NCBI GenBank assembly: GCA_963768305.1
Contig: CAVYHE010000007.1
Location: forward strand, 2,115 to 66,114
Direction of reading: 5' to 3'
Length of the DNA: 64,000 bases
From: an uncultured bacterium
Lineage (GTDB): Bacteria; Margulisbacteria; WOR-1; CAVSGV01
Shown here: positions 31,102 through 41,259 of the stretch, piece by piece
Position numbering within the stretch: position 1 is the first letter of the stretch
Layout of the letters: the number at the start of each line of letters is the position of its first letter
Notes under the pieces: model-generated
The model's database searches: none
The model's input: the letters and a program-made list of their open reading frames with translations, nothing else
What the model was told of the DNA's origin: nothing
Translations under genes and position numbers: made by a program

Positions 31102-32816
31102 TTAACTCCCCAGTACTTCTCCCACGCTGTTGACGATATCTTCCACAGAAAAAGGAAGCCCGTTGAATTCATGGATCCTGTCCTTTATCTGGAAGCCGGT
31201 GAGCAAGTCTATAAGATCGGCAAATTGCGTAGTCGCGTTATTTTCTATGGCTATCACTTTAACGGCTTTTTTTAAGTTGTTAAGGGTTTTCGAATGCAGC
31301 GGATATACCTGGCTGAAATGAAGGAAAGAGATATCCTTCCTGTCCATCTGCGCCAGCGCTTCCTTTATGATCTCGCGCGTGGAACCCCATCCCACAAGAA
31401 GGATCTTGTAATTCTCGCTTCCGATAAGAGTCGGTTCAAGCGCGTCATTTTGGATAAGTTCAAGTTTTTTCAGCCTTTTATCCACCATTTTGTGGCGAAG
31501 CAAAAGGTCCTCGGTAATGTGCCCCTCTTCATCATGTTCGTCGCTGTCCACCGCCACCAGACCGCTTCCGAACCCCGGGACGCCTCTCGGTGATACGCCG
31601 TTATCCGAAAGAGAATAACGTTTGTATCCGCTGTCAGTTTGAACGATCTGTTTTTCGACCTTGACCTTGCTCAGATCAAAAGGCGGGACATTGTGATCCG
31701 AATCTATAAGATACTGGTCCGTCAGGATGAAGACCGGCGACTGGCATTTATCGGCAAGATCGAAGGCTTTCTGCGTCAGATAAAAAGCTTCCTCGATGTT
31801 GCCGGGAGCGAATATCGCCCGAGGAAATTCGCCATGCCCCGCGCGAAGGACAAAATTAAGCTCAGCCCTGTTCTGTTCGGGTGGGTAGTCCCGTCGCGGG
31901 CCCCGGCCTTTGCGCAAGGTGAATTACAACCGGCATCTCCAGCATTCCCGCCAGGCTCAAGCCTTCCACCATAAGCGCGAACCCTCCGCCCGAAGTGGAA
32001 ACCAGAGCGCGCGCTCCGGCATACCACGCGCCGAGCGCCATGTTCATCGCGGAGATCTCGTCCTCCGCCTGCTCAGCGACTATGCCGAATTCCTTGGCGT
32101 ATTTGGACAAGAATATCAGGACCTCTGTTGACGGCGACATTGGATAAGCGGAAATGAAATTACATCCTCCTGCGATCGCGCCCATTGCGACAGCATCGGC
32201 TCCGTTCAGGATCATGTGTGACTTGATATTGCTGTTCTTGCCGATATCGACCTTGATCATTGCCCGAATCAAGAAGTTCCTTGCCCGCGGCATATCCGTT
32301 CTTCGCGGCGGCAATGTTCTCCTGGATTATTTTTTCGCCTTTGGTCGAAAAGAATTTGCTCAGATATTCAGAGATGACCTCTAGATCGACCGATAATAAC
32401 CCGCAAACCGCTCCCACTGCGGCGATGTTCGTATATAATTTATTGCCGGCCTGCTCCGCCAGAGTTGAATAAGGAACATTCACTATCTGGCACGAACCCT
32501 GTTCGCATTTTTCGTCGATATTGGCCGCCTCGCCCATTATCACAGTATCCGTGGTTATCCTGGATGAAAGATGTTTTGTCCTGCCTTTATCAAGAGGGAT
32601 CAGGATGTCTATTTTATTTGCGTAAGCTGAAATCGGTTCCGAGGAAACCCTGATAGAAGTGGAATTAACTCCGCCCCTGACGCGTGACATGTATTCTTCC
32701 GTTGCGAATACATTATATCCATCCTGCTTCAGGATGCCGGTAAGGACCATCTCCACGGTTTTCAGGCCCTGGCCGGCTTCACCGCATAATACAACCGAAA
32801 GATCGTTCTTCATCAT
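31102..32816 (-). pseudogene. 2-oxoacid:ferredoxin oxidoreductase fused gamma-alpha subunit, 2 frame changes
   Basis: The gamma-like part is 32160..32816 (VLCGEAGQGLKTV). The alpha parts are 31862..32314 (AYPMSPSTE) and 31102..31917. The joins are near 32280 and near 31890. Confidence 0.85.
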
Positions 32817-32832
32817 GAAGTCCGAGAGAGCA

Positions 32833-33228
32833 TTAAGCTATATCTATCTTTTTTGAGTTCTGCCACAAGCCGTGGATATTGCAATAACTGGAAGCAAAGA
32901 TCGTGCCGGATTTGTCCGTCTTGAAGCTCAAGACAGTTTCGGGATGCGAATAGACCGTGCTTGTGTCAGGTCCCGTAGCGGAAGCGCCGTGAGAAGTGAA
33001 TTCCGCCCTTCCGATCTGGTAAGGGAATTTTTCACCGTCGGGCAGAAAATAAACTTCCACCCAGCTTATGTGATGCTTTGTTTCGTTCGGATGCGGGATC
33101 TCCTTGCCGATCGTGACTTTCACTTGAATGAATTGCCCTTTTTTCGCGGATCCGGGTGCATCGATCACCGGCACATGTTTTTCTTTTTTCCAATCAGCGT
33201 TCTGGAACAGGTCATTTAATTCGGCCAT
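32833..33228 (-). CDS. superoxide reductase (1Fe, neelaredoxin-type)
   Basis: 131 aa. Motifs seen: EKHVPVI, HPNETKHHISW, CNIHGLW. Confidence 0.85.
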   Translation of the reverse strand: MAELNDLFQNADWKKEKHVPVIDAPGSAKKGQFIQVKVTIGKEIPHPNETKHHISWVEVYFLPDGEKFPYQIGRAEFTSHGASATGPDTSTVYSHPETVLSFKTDKSGTIFASSYCNIHGLWQNSKKIDIA

Positions 33229-33241
33229 TTTAAATTACCTC

Positions 33242-33400
33242 CTATATTTTTTCGAACTGGTCTTTTTCCGCGCCGCAAACGGGACAAACCCACTCCTCAG
33301 GCAGATCTTCGAAAGGCGTGTCCGGTTTCACATCCTGGTCCGGATCGCCCTTTACCGGGTCGTAAATATAATCGCACACTTTGCATTTGTATTTTTGCAT
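33242..33400 (-). CDS. rubredoxin
   Basis: [15 protein letters not shown]...[10 protein letters not shown] has two CxxC pairs. The ATG at 33400 is preceded by GAGGAGAG. Confidence 0.9.
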   Translation of the reverse strand: MQKYKCKVCDYIYDPVKGDPDQDVKPDTPFEDLPEEWVCPVCGAEKDQFEKI

Positions 33401-33519
33401 TTCCACTCTCCTCTCAATAATGCTCAATTATGAGGATAAAAGTATAATATGATGAATATTGATGTCAAGGTTTAGTTGTTTGCTTGTACCGCTCTTGATA
33501 TAATCCCAATCTCTCGAAC

Positions 33520-34521
33520 ATGCGGAGGCGAATTTATTTGAACAATAACAAGTTTGTCATTATTTTGATATTATCTTTGATCTTATTATCGTTGGGGGTG
33601 ACGGCAATGGGAGGAAAAATAAAGATATTCGATATCAGGCAGAACAAGATCATTGAGGTTGAAAAAGTAATAAAATCCGATGCTGAATGGAAAAAGATCC
33701 TTCCTCCGGAAGTATACGATATCACGGAAAAGCAAGGAACTGAGAGCCCATACAGCTGCGCATTGAACGAGAACAAGGGAGAAGGAATTTATGAATGCTT
33801 CCGCTGCGGAACGGATCTCTTCGTCTCAAGAACAAAATTCGAGTCCGGCACCGGCTGGCCCAGTTTCTTTGAGCCGGTATCGGAGCTGAATATAACCGAA
33901 AAAAATGACATGAGCCTGGGAATGGCCAGGACCGAAGTGTTATGCGCCAGATGCGGCGCGCATCTGGGCCATGTTTTCAATGACGGCCCCGCCCCTACCG
34001 GAAAAAGATACTGCATCAACGGGGTCGCGTTGAAATTCGTTCCGTTCAAATTCGCGAGGACCGAGAAAGCCAGCTTCGCCGCGGGCTGTTTCTGGCACGT
34101 GCAGGAAGTTTTTGACAAGACAAAGGGCGTGGTAAGCACAATGGTCGGTTATTCCGGCGGAAAAATGAAGAACCCAACCTATGAAAAGGTATGCACTCTG
34201 GATACGGGACATGCCGAGACAGTGCTTGTCGAGTATGACCCGAGCATAATAAGCTATGACAAGCTTCTGGATGTTTTCTGGAACCTTCACGATCCCACGC
34301 AGGTCGGAGGGCAGGGAGTGGACATAGGCGACCAGTACAGGTCGATAATCTTTTACCACGATGACGCGCAGAAAGAGGCCGCGTTAAGGTCCAAAGCCAA
34401 GCTTGAGGCGTCGGGAAGGTTCAAGAAACATATCGCCACACAGATAATCCCGTCAAAGGAATTCTACAAGGCCGAAGAGTATCATCAGAAATATTTCGAG
34501 AAACAGAAAAAAGTTCAATGA
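33520..34521 (+). CDS. membrane-anchored MsrB-MsrA fusion (methionine sulfoxide reductase)
   Basis: The MsrB part has CxxC pairs and RYCINGVAL. The MsrA part has GCFWHVQ. There is an N-terminal TM/signal segment. A TTG start at 33538 behind GGAGG is an alternative. Confidence 0.9.
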   Translation: MRRRIYLNNNKFVIILILSLILLSLGVTAMGGKIKIFDIRQNKIIEVEKVIKSDAEWKKILPPEVYDITEKQGTESPYSCALNENKGEGIYECFRCGTDLFVSRTKFESGTGWPSFFEPVSELNITEKNDMSLGMARTEVLCARCGAHLGHVFNDGPAPTGKRYCINGVALKFVPFKFARTEKASFAAGCFWHVQEVFDKTKGVVSTMVGYSGGKMKNPTYEKVCTLDTGHAETVLVEYDPSIISYDKLLDVFWNLHDPTQVGGQGVDIGDQYRSIIFYHDDAQKEAALRSKAKLEASGRFKKHIATQIIPSKEFYKAEEYHQKYFEKQKKVQ

Positions 34522-34526
34522 ATATT

Positions 34527-34562
34527 GGGGAGTAGCGAAGCGTTGAGGGGCTTGCCCCTCAA
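34527..34562 (+). repeat. third copy of the GGGGAGUAG-plus-hairpin motif
   Basis: GGGGAGTAG-CGAAGC-GTTGAGGGG-CTTG-CCCCTCAA lies directly after the msrBA stop and 32 nt before a small ORF. Confidence 0.6.
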
Positions 34563-34593
34563 AATAACGAAAGTTGAAGAGGAGGTGTAAATA

Positions 34594-34755
34594 ATGTTTT
34601 TATGGATCAAACTATTCGGGATGCTGACATTTATCTTCCTGCTGGCGACAATGAGCGCCGGAATGATGAAAGCGCCGTTGAAAGTCCATAGGACCCTGGC
34701 GTTCTTAACGATCATATTTGCATTGGTGCATATCGGGTTGCAAATTTTAAGATAA
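34594..34755 (+). CDS. 53-aa two-TM membrane protein with two His (not in ORF track, <60 aa)
   Basis: GGAGG lies 8 nt upstream. The sequence is MFLWIKLFGMLTFIFLLATMSAGMMKAPLKVHRTLAFLTIIFALVHIGLQILR. Confidence 0.5.
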   Translation: MFLWIKLFGMLTFIFLLATMSAGMMKAPLKVHRTLAFLTIIFALVHIGLQILR

Positions 34756-34799
34756 AAACTTTTTGATGGCGGAAGATGAAAGCGCTGTTGCCGCGATCC

Positions 34800-35407
34800 T
34801 TACCCGAGCATGATCGGCCGCATGAAAATGACTTTTTCCTTTTTTGGTCCTTTGGTGTTTAACAATTTCGGCCGGAACGTCATTTTCAGCACCTGCACGA
34901 TCTGATCATATAAAAATAAGGAAGGGAGATCCACATTGATCGGACCCATGAAAGGAACTTTGGATCTTTCTATCATTCCATTAACTGTAGACCTAACCGT
35001 CATGATCAAACACAATCCATTGCCCGACCTTATCATTCCGTGCCATCCCTTGATAGCCGGCATGATCATAAGGATCCGTTAGGGATCATGACGCAAAAAC
35101 TTCATTAAATTGAACGAGGCACACTTGAAGGTGCAGGGCTTCTCATGCCTTTTGACCATGCAAATGACCAGTCATTGATATGGTTCAACGATCTGTACAA
35201 CGCTTGCTTCGGAAGATGCGCTTTCGCGTCGATCTCAATGCGGGAAGGGTATTTATCGATAATGTTCCTCATGTGTTCATTATTGATTAACAGGAGATTC
35301 TTTTTTGTCAAAGGGCTGAAATCGCTCTTTTTTAATATCCTGACTTCCGGGAATATCCTGGCCCCGGAAAAATGCGGACTATCCGCTAATCTGAAAAAAT
35401 ACGGCAT
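34800..35407 (-). pseudogene. unknown-function protein, paralog of 35420..36010, interrupted by frameshift(s)
   Basis: The N-terminal part 35105..35407 (FSPLTKKNLLLINNEHMRNIIDKYPSRIEID) and C-terminal part 34800..35069 (INVDLPSLFLYDQI) align with the upstream paralog. AAGGAG lies before the ATG at 35407. Confidence 0.55.
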
Positions 35408-35419
35408 TGTTACTCCTTT

Positions 35420-36010
35420 TTAAATGAATTCGTGGACCATTCCTGATGCAAAGCTTGGTGTGGGCGCTGACCCAATATCGAAAAAATACGGGAGATAGCG
35501 CATCATAGCGGGGAAGGACGGCTTGATCTCTTCGGCGTAATATAATGACGGCAAGTCAATCCTCATTGTGTCATTTAATTGTCCATTCAGCCTCTTTCGG
35601 GTAATATTCAGGTTCAATGAATCGCCGGAACTGATCGTCTCAGCCCTTCGCGTTACCCAGATCTCAAATGACACTGATGTCCCGGCCTGTTTTAAAAAAC
35701 TCCCCAGGGAGGTCATCGCATATTCAAAACTCATTGGCGAATCACTATTTTCAAACCACACATTAGTAGAGTTGTTCACCTGCTTCAGCGACGCGATCAG
35801 TTGATCGGTCGGGACGAACACGTGCCGGCTGATATCTATTCGGGAAGGATAATGCTTATCCAGGATATTTATCCAGCTTTCATTATTGATAAGCCGCAGG
35901 TTTTTCCTCGTCAAAGGGCTGAATTTCTTCGCCGGGACTTTATTTCCCGCCGGGAAAAAAGTTCCGAGTTTTGGTGATATTCGATCTGTTACCCTCAAAT
36001 AATGGGCCAT
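35420..36010 (-). CDS. unknown-function protein (196 aa), tandem paralog
   Basis: AGGAGG lies 5 nt before the ATG. It contains FSPLTRKNLRLINNESWINILDKHYPSRIDIS and MRIDLPSLYYAEEI. I do not recognise the family. Confidence 0.6.
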   Translation of the reverse strand: MAHYLRVTDRISPKLGTFFPAGNKVPAKKFSPLTRKNLRLINNESWINILDKHYPSRIDISRHVFVPTDQLIASLKQVNNSTNVWFENSDSPMSFEYAMTSLGSFLKQAGTSVSFEIWVTRRAETISSGDSLNLNITRKRLNGQLNDTMRIDLPSLYYAEEIKPSFPAMMRYLPYFFDIGSAPTPSFASGMVHEFI

Positions 36011-36103
36011 AGAACCTCCTACTATATATATCGATAAAATCAGAGAGGAATTTCAGGGAAAAACGGAAAGACACAGTTGTTCAGGAAGTGATATAATATC
36101 CCT

Positions 36104-36475
36104 GTGTTGAAAACAACTTCAATATCTTTGATTTTCTTTCTGGTCATAAGCGCGGCGGCATTCAGCTGCTGCATAGAAAAGAACATTTGCGGCAATACAA
36201 TTTCATACGATTGCTGCAGCCAGCCTAAAGCCGAAATACATGCTCCCTGCCTCTGCGAACAGACAATAGCCAATCCATCGGCGCAAAGTTTTGGGATTAA
36301 ATTTATTTCCGAACTGTCATTGTTTGTTGCGACCGCGCCAAGTGTTCTGGTGGTCAAAAAGGAAACTTCAATATTCGCCCGGTTTAACGGACATGAACGC
36401 GACCCCGTCCTTGTATCAAAGATAAATAAAGACCTATTCTGCCGCCAATTCATATCAAGAAAAGATTTTGTCTGA
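36104..36475 (+). CDS. possible exported Cys-rich protein (strand ambiguous with antisense ORF 36040..36453)
   Basis: The GTG start lies 6 nt after an extended -10 (TGaTATAAT, 36089-36097). The signal-like N-terminus is MLKTTSISLIFFLVISAAAF, followed by SCC..C..DCC..CLC. Lys content is typical of the genome, unlike the antisense ORF. Confidence 0.4.
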   Translation: MLKTTSISLIFFLVISAAAFSCCIEKNICGNTISYDCCSQPKAEIHAPCLCEQTIANPSAQSFGIKFISELSLFVATAPSVLVVKKETSIFARFNGHERDPVLVSKINKDLFCRQFISRKDFV

Positions 36476-36533
36476 AACAGACGTTCCCTCGTGTTTTGAT
36501 TCTTATTCCAATTAAAAGAAGGAGTGTGTCTTT

Positions 36534-36683
36534 ATGAAAAATATAATTATGGTAATTGTGTTGTTAGCGGGTCTTGTTCTGGTCCCGGTATTCGTTTTTG
36601 CCGACGCAAAAGCGGGATCCACAAGCTGCTGCAAGTTGAATAATGCGGCTTGCTGTTCAGAAACGGCGGCTTGCTGCAAGTAG
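36534..36683 (+). CDS. 49-aa exported peptide with three vicinal Cys pairs (not in ORF track)
   Basis: AAGGAG lies 8 nt upstream. The sequence is MKNIIMVIVLLAGLVLVPVFVFA/DAKAGSTSCCKLNNAACCSETAACCK. A strong terminator follows. Confidence 0.6.
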   Translation: MKNIIMVIVLLAGLVLVPVFVFADAKAGSTSCCKLNNAACCSETAACCK

Positions 36684-36703
36684 AGTAAGTTTCGGAGTAT
36701 TCA

Positions 36704-36739
36704 AGGCCCCTTCTCCCCTGCGGGAGGGGGCCTTTTTTT
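36704..36739 (+). terminator. rho-independent terminator
   Basis: GGCCCCTTCTCCCCTGCGGGAGGGGGCC is followed by TTTTTTT. Confidence 0.85.
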
Positions 36740-36841
36740 ATACAAAAAAACTATGTTTAAATTTTAAGCAGTGTCATCATAAAATCATTTAATATTTTTT
36801 CCGAGGGAGTATAATAAATTTATCAGTAAAAGGAGTAAAAA

Positions 36842-36925
36842 ATGGGTTTTAAGATAACAGGGATCATAGCGGTAATTATGCTCATCTATTTAACTTATGC
36901 GATGTTTAATCCGGAAAAGTTTTAA
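36842..36925 (+). CDS. kdpF: K+-transporting ATPase small subunit KdpF (27 aa)
   Basis: AGGAG lies upstream. MGFKITGIIAVIMLIYLTYAMFNPEKF is a single TM segment, positioned directly before kdpA. Confidence 0.7.
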   Translation: MGFKITGIIAVIMLIYLTYAMFNPEKF

Positions 36926-36927
36926 AC

Positions 36928-38624
36928 ATGAAAACTCTCGATTTCCTGCAGGTCTTGATCTATCTTTTCGCCATCATCATTTTCACTCCGATGCTCGGCT
37001 CGTACATGGCCGCGGTTTTTGAAGGCAGAAAAACTTTAGCGCGGCAACTGCTCGGCTGGCTTGAGAAAGCCGTTTACAGATCTTCCGGGATCGATGAGAA
37101 CGAAGAGCATGGATTTTATAGGATACTCAAAAGCCCTGATATATTTCAATCTTTTCGGATTTATTTTCCTTTTTGCCCTTCAGATGTTCCAGCATCATCT
37201 GCCGCTGAATCCTTATCATCTGCCCGGCGTAAAATGGGACCTGGCGTTCAATACCGCCGTCAGTTTTGTCACGAACACGAACTGGCAGGCGTATTCCGGG
37301 GAAGTCACTCTCAGTTATCTTACTCAGATGCTGGGACTGACGGTCCAGAATTTCCTGAGCGCGGCCACCGGAATAGCTGTATTCCTCGCTTTCACAAGAG
37401 GCTTGATGAACAGATCGGCCTCATCGCTCGGAAATTTCTGGGTTGACTGCGTTCGCTCGCTCGTCTATGTCCTTATACCTTTGGCGATAATATTATCTCT
37501 ACTGCTCGCCGGACAGGGAGTTGTCCAGACATTCGCCCCCTACAAAGAAATAACCACTCTCCAGGGCGCGAAACAGGTATTACCTCTTGGCCCCGCGGCT
37601 TCGCAGATCGCGATAAAACAGCTTGGAACTAATGGCGGAGGATTTTTCGGCGCGAACAGCGCTCATCCTTTTGAGAACCCGACCCCGTTCTCGAATTTTC
37701 TTCGAGATGCTGTCGATCCTTCTGATACCCGCCGCCCTTACATATACATACGGCGCGATGGTGCAAGAACAAAAAGCACGGCTGGCTACTTTTCACGGTC
37801 ATGCTTCTTGTTTTCGCGGGCGGGCTGGCGCTTTCGCTCTGGTCGGAATATTCAAGCGCCCATGTTCCAGGTCGTGACCGCGCTCGAAGGACAGGAGGTC
37901 AGGTTCGGGGTCACGAACAGCGTCATCTGGTCCATGGCAACAACGGTAGCCTCGAACGGCTCCGTGAATGCGATGGTATCTTCGCTCTCCCCCATCGCCG
38001 GCGGAGTTGCGCTCTTTAACATGATGCTGGGCGAGATAATTTTCGGCGGAGTCGGATCGGGAATGTACGGGATGCTGCTTCACGTCATGCTGACCGTTTT
38101 TCTTGCGGGATTGATGGTGGGCAGGACGCCGGAATATCTTGGCAAAAAGATCGAAGGGAACGAGATAAAGATGGTGATACTTGGGATAGTCCTGCCGTCG
38201 GTTTTTGTGCTTGTGGGAGCGGCGGTCTCGTGCGTTCTTCCGGTCGCGCTCTCAAGTTTGGGCAACAATGGCCCGCACGGCCTGAGCGAAATACTCTATG
38301 CTTTCACCTCCGCATCGAACAACAACGGCAGCGCTTTTGCAGGGCTTAATGTTAACACCGTTTATTACAATCTTTTCCTGGGGCTGGCAATGATCGTCGG
38401 CAGGTTCGGCGTGATAATCCCCTGCATGGTCATTGCCGGAAGCATGGCGGTAAAAAAGATCTCTCCGGTCATCGGCCGGAACATTTTCAACTGACAACAC
38501 ACTTTTTGCCGTTCTTCTCATCGGCGATATTTATTATAGTAGGCGCTCTTACTTTCCTGCCGGCGCTTTGTCTCTGGGCCCGATCATTGAGCATCTTCTT
38601 ATGCTGAAAGGATACGTATTCTAA
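36928..38624 (+). pseudogene. kdpA: K+-transporting ATPase subunit A, at least 5 frame changes
   Basis: The fragments 36928..37446, 37061..38494, 37623..37877 (FFEMLSILLIPAALTYTYGAMV) and 37801..38019 tile KdpA. The C-terminal tail is in yet another frame, and TAATG joins it to kdpB at 38622-38626. Confidence 0.85.
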
Positions 38625-40697
38625 TGGCCGTCAAAGTCGGGAATTGACGAAAGGAAATTGATGATCGGGGCGGTCATCGGCTCATTCAAAAAGCTGCATC
38701 CGCAGCGAAGAGATGACGGAATCCGGTTATGTTCCTTACATATATAGGCGCGTTCGTGACAACTGCTTATTCCCTTCATTCGATATTCAATCTCGTGATA
38801 AGCGTCTGGCTGTGGTTCACCGTGCTTTTCGCCAATTTCGCGGAAGCTCTGGCTGAAGGAAGAGGAAAAGCGCAGGCGGATTCGCTTAAGAGGACAAGGT
38901 CGGAGCTTTACTGCCAGGCTCCTGAAGGACGGAAAAGAAACAAAAGTTCCCGCAAGCAATTTAAGAAAAGGCGACGTCGTGGTATGCGAAACCGGCGATA
39001 TCATCCCGTGCGACGGAGAGGTCATTGAAGGCGTCGCCAGCGTTGATGAATCCGCGATCACGGGAGAGTCGGCGCCGGTCATAAGGGAATCCGGCGGCGA
39101 CAGGAGCGCTGTCACCGGCGGAACAAAAGTGATAAGCGACAGGATCATGATACAGCGTGACCGTCGAATCCCGGCGATACTTTCCTGGATAGGATAATAC
39201 ATCTGATAGAAGGCGCCAAGCGCCAGAAAACCCCGAATGAGATAGCTCTCAGTATTGTCCTTTCCGGGCTTTCGATAATTTTTCTTCTCGCGGTCATGTC
39301 GCTGAAATTTTTCGCCGATTACAGCGGAGCGGTCGCGGAACAGGACCTGTCGCATATCGTCACGGTGCCGGTCCTTGTCGCGCTTCTTGTCTGCCTCATT
39401 CCCACTACGATCGGCGGCCTCCTGAGCGCGATCGGCATCGCGGGAATGGACAGGCTGATAGCCGCCATATCATCGCGAAGAGCGGAAGGGCGATCGAAGC
39501 GGCGGGAGACATCGACGTGCTTCTTCTTGATAAGACCGGCACGATCACGATAGGCAACCGCATGGCATCCGAATTTATTCCGGCGAAAGTGGATCACTGA
39601 AGCAGGAATTCGCCGACATCGCCCAGCTTTCTTCCCTGGCCGATGAAACACCCGAAGGAAGATCGATCGTAGTCCTTGCGAAAGAAAAATACGGATTAAG
39701 GGCGCGGGAGCTGCGGCCTCACGAAGCGAAATTCATCCCGTTCTCCGCGAATACCCAGATGAGCGGTGTTGATTTTTTGAGCGATACAGGCGGGATAGTC
39801 CGCTCGATCAGGAAAGGTTCGGTGGAAGCGATAACAAAAATACGCCGGTAAATTTCCCGAAAGAGCTGGAATCGTGCCGTAAAAATGATATCTTCCAGCG
39901 GCGGAACTCCTCTCGCGGTGGCGGAAGGCGGGAAGGTCATCGGCGTGATCCATCTCAAAGATATCATTAAAGGCGGGATCAAGGAAAGGTTCAAGGAACT
40001 GCGCTCGATGGGGATAAGAACGGTAATGATAACCGGCGACAATCCGCTCACAGCGGCGGCGATAGCCGCGGAAGCCGGAGTTGATGACTTCATCGCGCAG
40101 GCGACGCCGGAATCAAAAATGAAGCGCATCAAAGGACGAGCAGGCGAGCGGACATCTGGTGGCGATGACCGGCGACGGGACAAATGACGCCCCTGCCCTC
40201 GCGCAGGCGGATGTGGGAGTGACGATGAACACAGGGACGCAGGCCGCAAGGGAAGCCGGCAACATGGTGGACCTTGAGAGCAACCCGACAAAACTGATAG
40301 AGATCGTCTCCATCGGCAAGCAGCTTCTCATCACCAGGGGCGCGCTGACGACTTTCAGCATCGCGAATGACGTGGCAAAATATTTCGCCATAATTCCCGC
40401 GATATTCGGGACGCTTTACGCGTCGGGAAACAATTTGAACGGTCCGCTTTCCGTGTTCAATGTCATGCGACTTGAATTCTCCTCAGAGCGCGATACTGAG
40501 CGCGGTAATATTCAACGCGCTGATAATCGTGATGCTTATACCCCTTGCCCTTCGCGGCGTATCGTACAGGAACGAGAATGCCGCATCTCTGCTTGAAGCG
40601 AAATCTTCAGATCTACGGGCTCGGAGGATTGATAGCTCCGTTCATAGGCATAAAGATGATCGATATGCTGCTGTTCTTGATAAAGGCGAAATTCTGA
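38624..40697 (+). pseudogene. kdpB: K+-transporting P-type ATPase subunit B, roughly 8 or more frame changes
   Basis: P-type motifs are spread over different frames: TGESAPV, DKTGTIT (read manually near 39520-39545), [19 protein letters not shown]. Fragments include 38729..39028, 38979..39197, 39296..39553, 39885..40187, 40159..40596 and 40460..40885. Confidence 0.85.
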
Positions 40698-41259
40698 TGA
40701 AACATCTTATCAATGCGCTGAAATTATTCGTTGTGCTTTCGGTCCTGACCGGGATCATTTATCCGGCTTTGATAACAGGGATAGCGCAAGCTGCTTTCAA
40801 CAGACAGGCGAACGGCGATGAATATCTGATAGCGCAGAAATTCGATCAAGGCCAAATATTTCTGGTCGCGGCCTTCCGCAGCTGATTATTCAACTCTGCC
40901 CTCTGGAGCAAGCAATCTCTCCGCGACCAGCAAGGACTTGAAGGATCAGGATCGCCAAAACAAAAGCGATGATACTGGCTTCCGACCGGTCAAAAAAAGA
41001 AAAAGATATCCCTTCCGACATGCTGTACGCTTCCGGAAGCGGGATCGATCCGCACATCAGTCCGGATTCCGCCGTTTTTCAGGCGGACCGCGTGGCAAAG
41101 GCGAGAAAACTGGACAGGAAGATCGTGCTTGATATGATATCCAGAGTCAGGGAGAACAGGCAATTCGATATTTTCGGCGACAGGCGGGTCAATGTATTGA
41201 AATTGAATCTTCTTTTGGACAATTATTCGAATAAAAAGGATAAAATAGATAGCACATGA
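40697..41259 (+). pseudogene. kdpC: K+-transporting ATPase subunit C, at least 2 frame changes
   Basis: The N-terminus is [31 protein letters not shown]. The C-terminus is SGSGIDPHISPDSAVFQADRVAKAR, from ORF 40969..41259. Confidence 0.8.

Noticed and set aside
34527-34562. Possible yybP-ykoY (Mn2+) riboswitch, because GGGGAGUAG matches its conserved 5' loop.
   Set aside because: The element is only about 40 nt. It lacks the four-way junction and the conserved 3' half (UUGACAUA...GCAAGACC as I recall it). The other two copies precede a tRNA, not a transporter.
36040-36453. 137-aa minus-strand ORF upstream of the tandem paralogs.
   Set aside because: It is not fully rejected. It lacks any RBS, is Lys-poor compared with other proteins here, and is antisense to an ORF with a signal peptide, CC motifs and an extended -10 promoter. 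I list the + strand ORF as the low-confidence call. Strand-specific data are needed.
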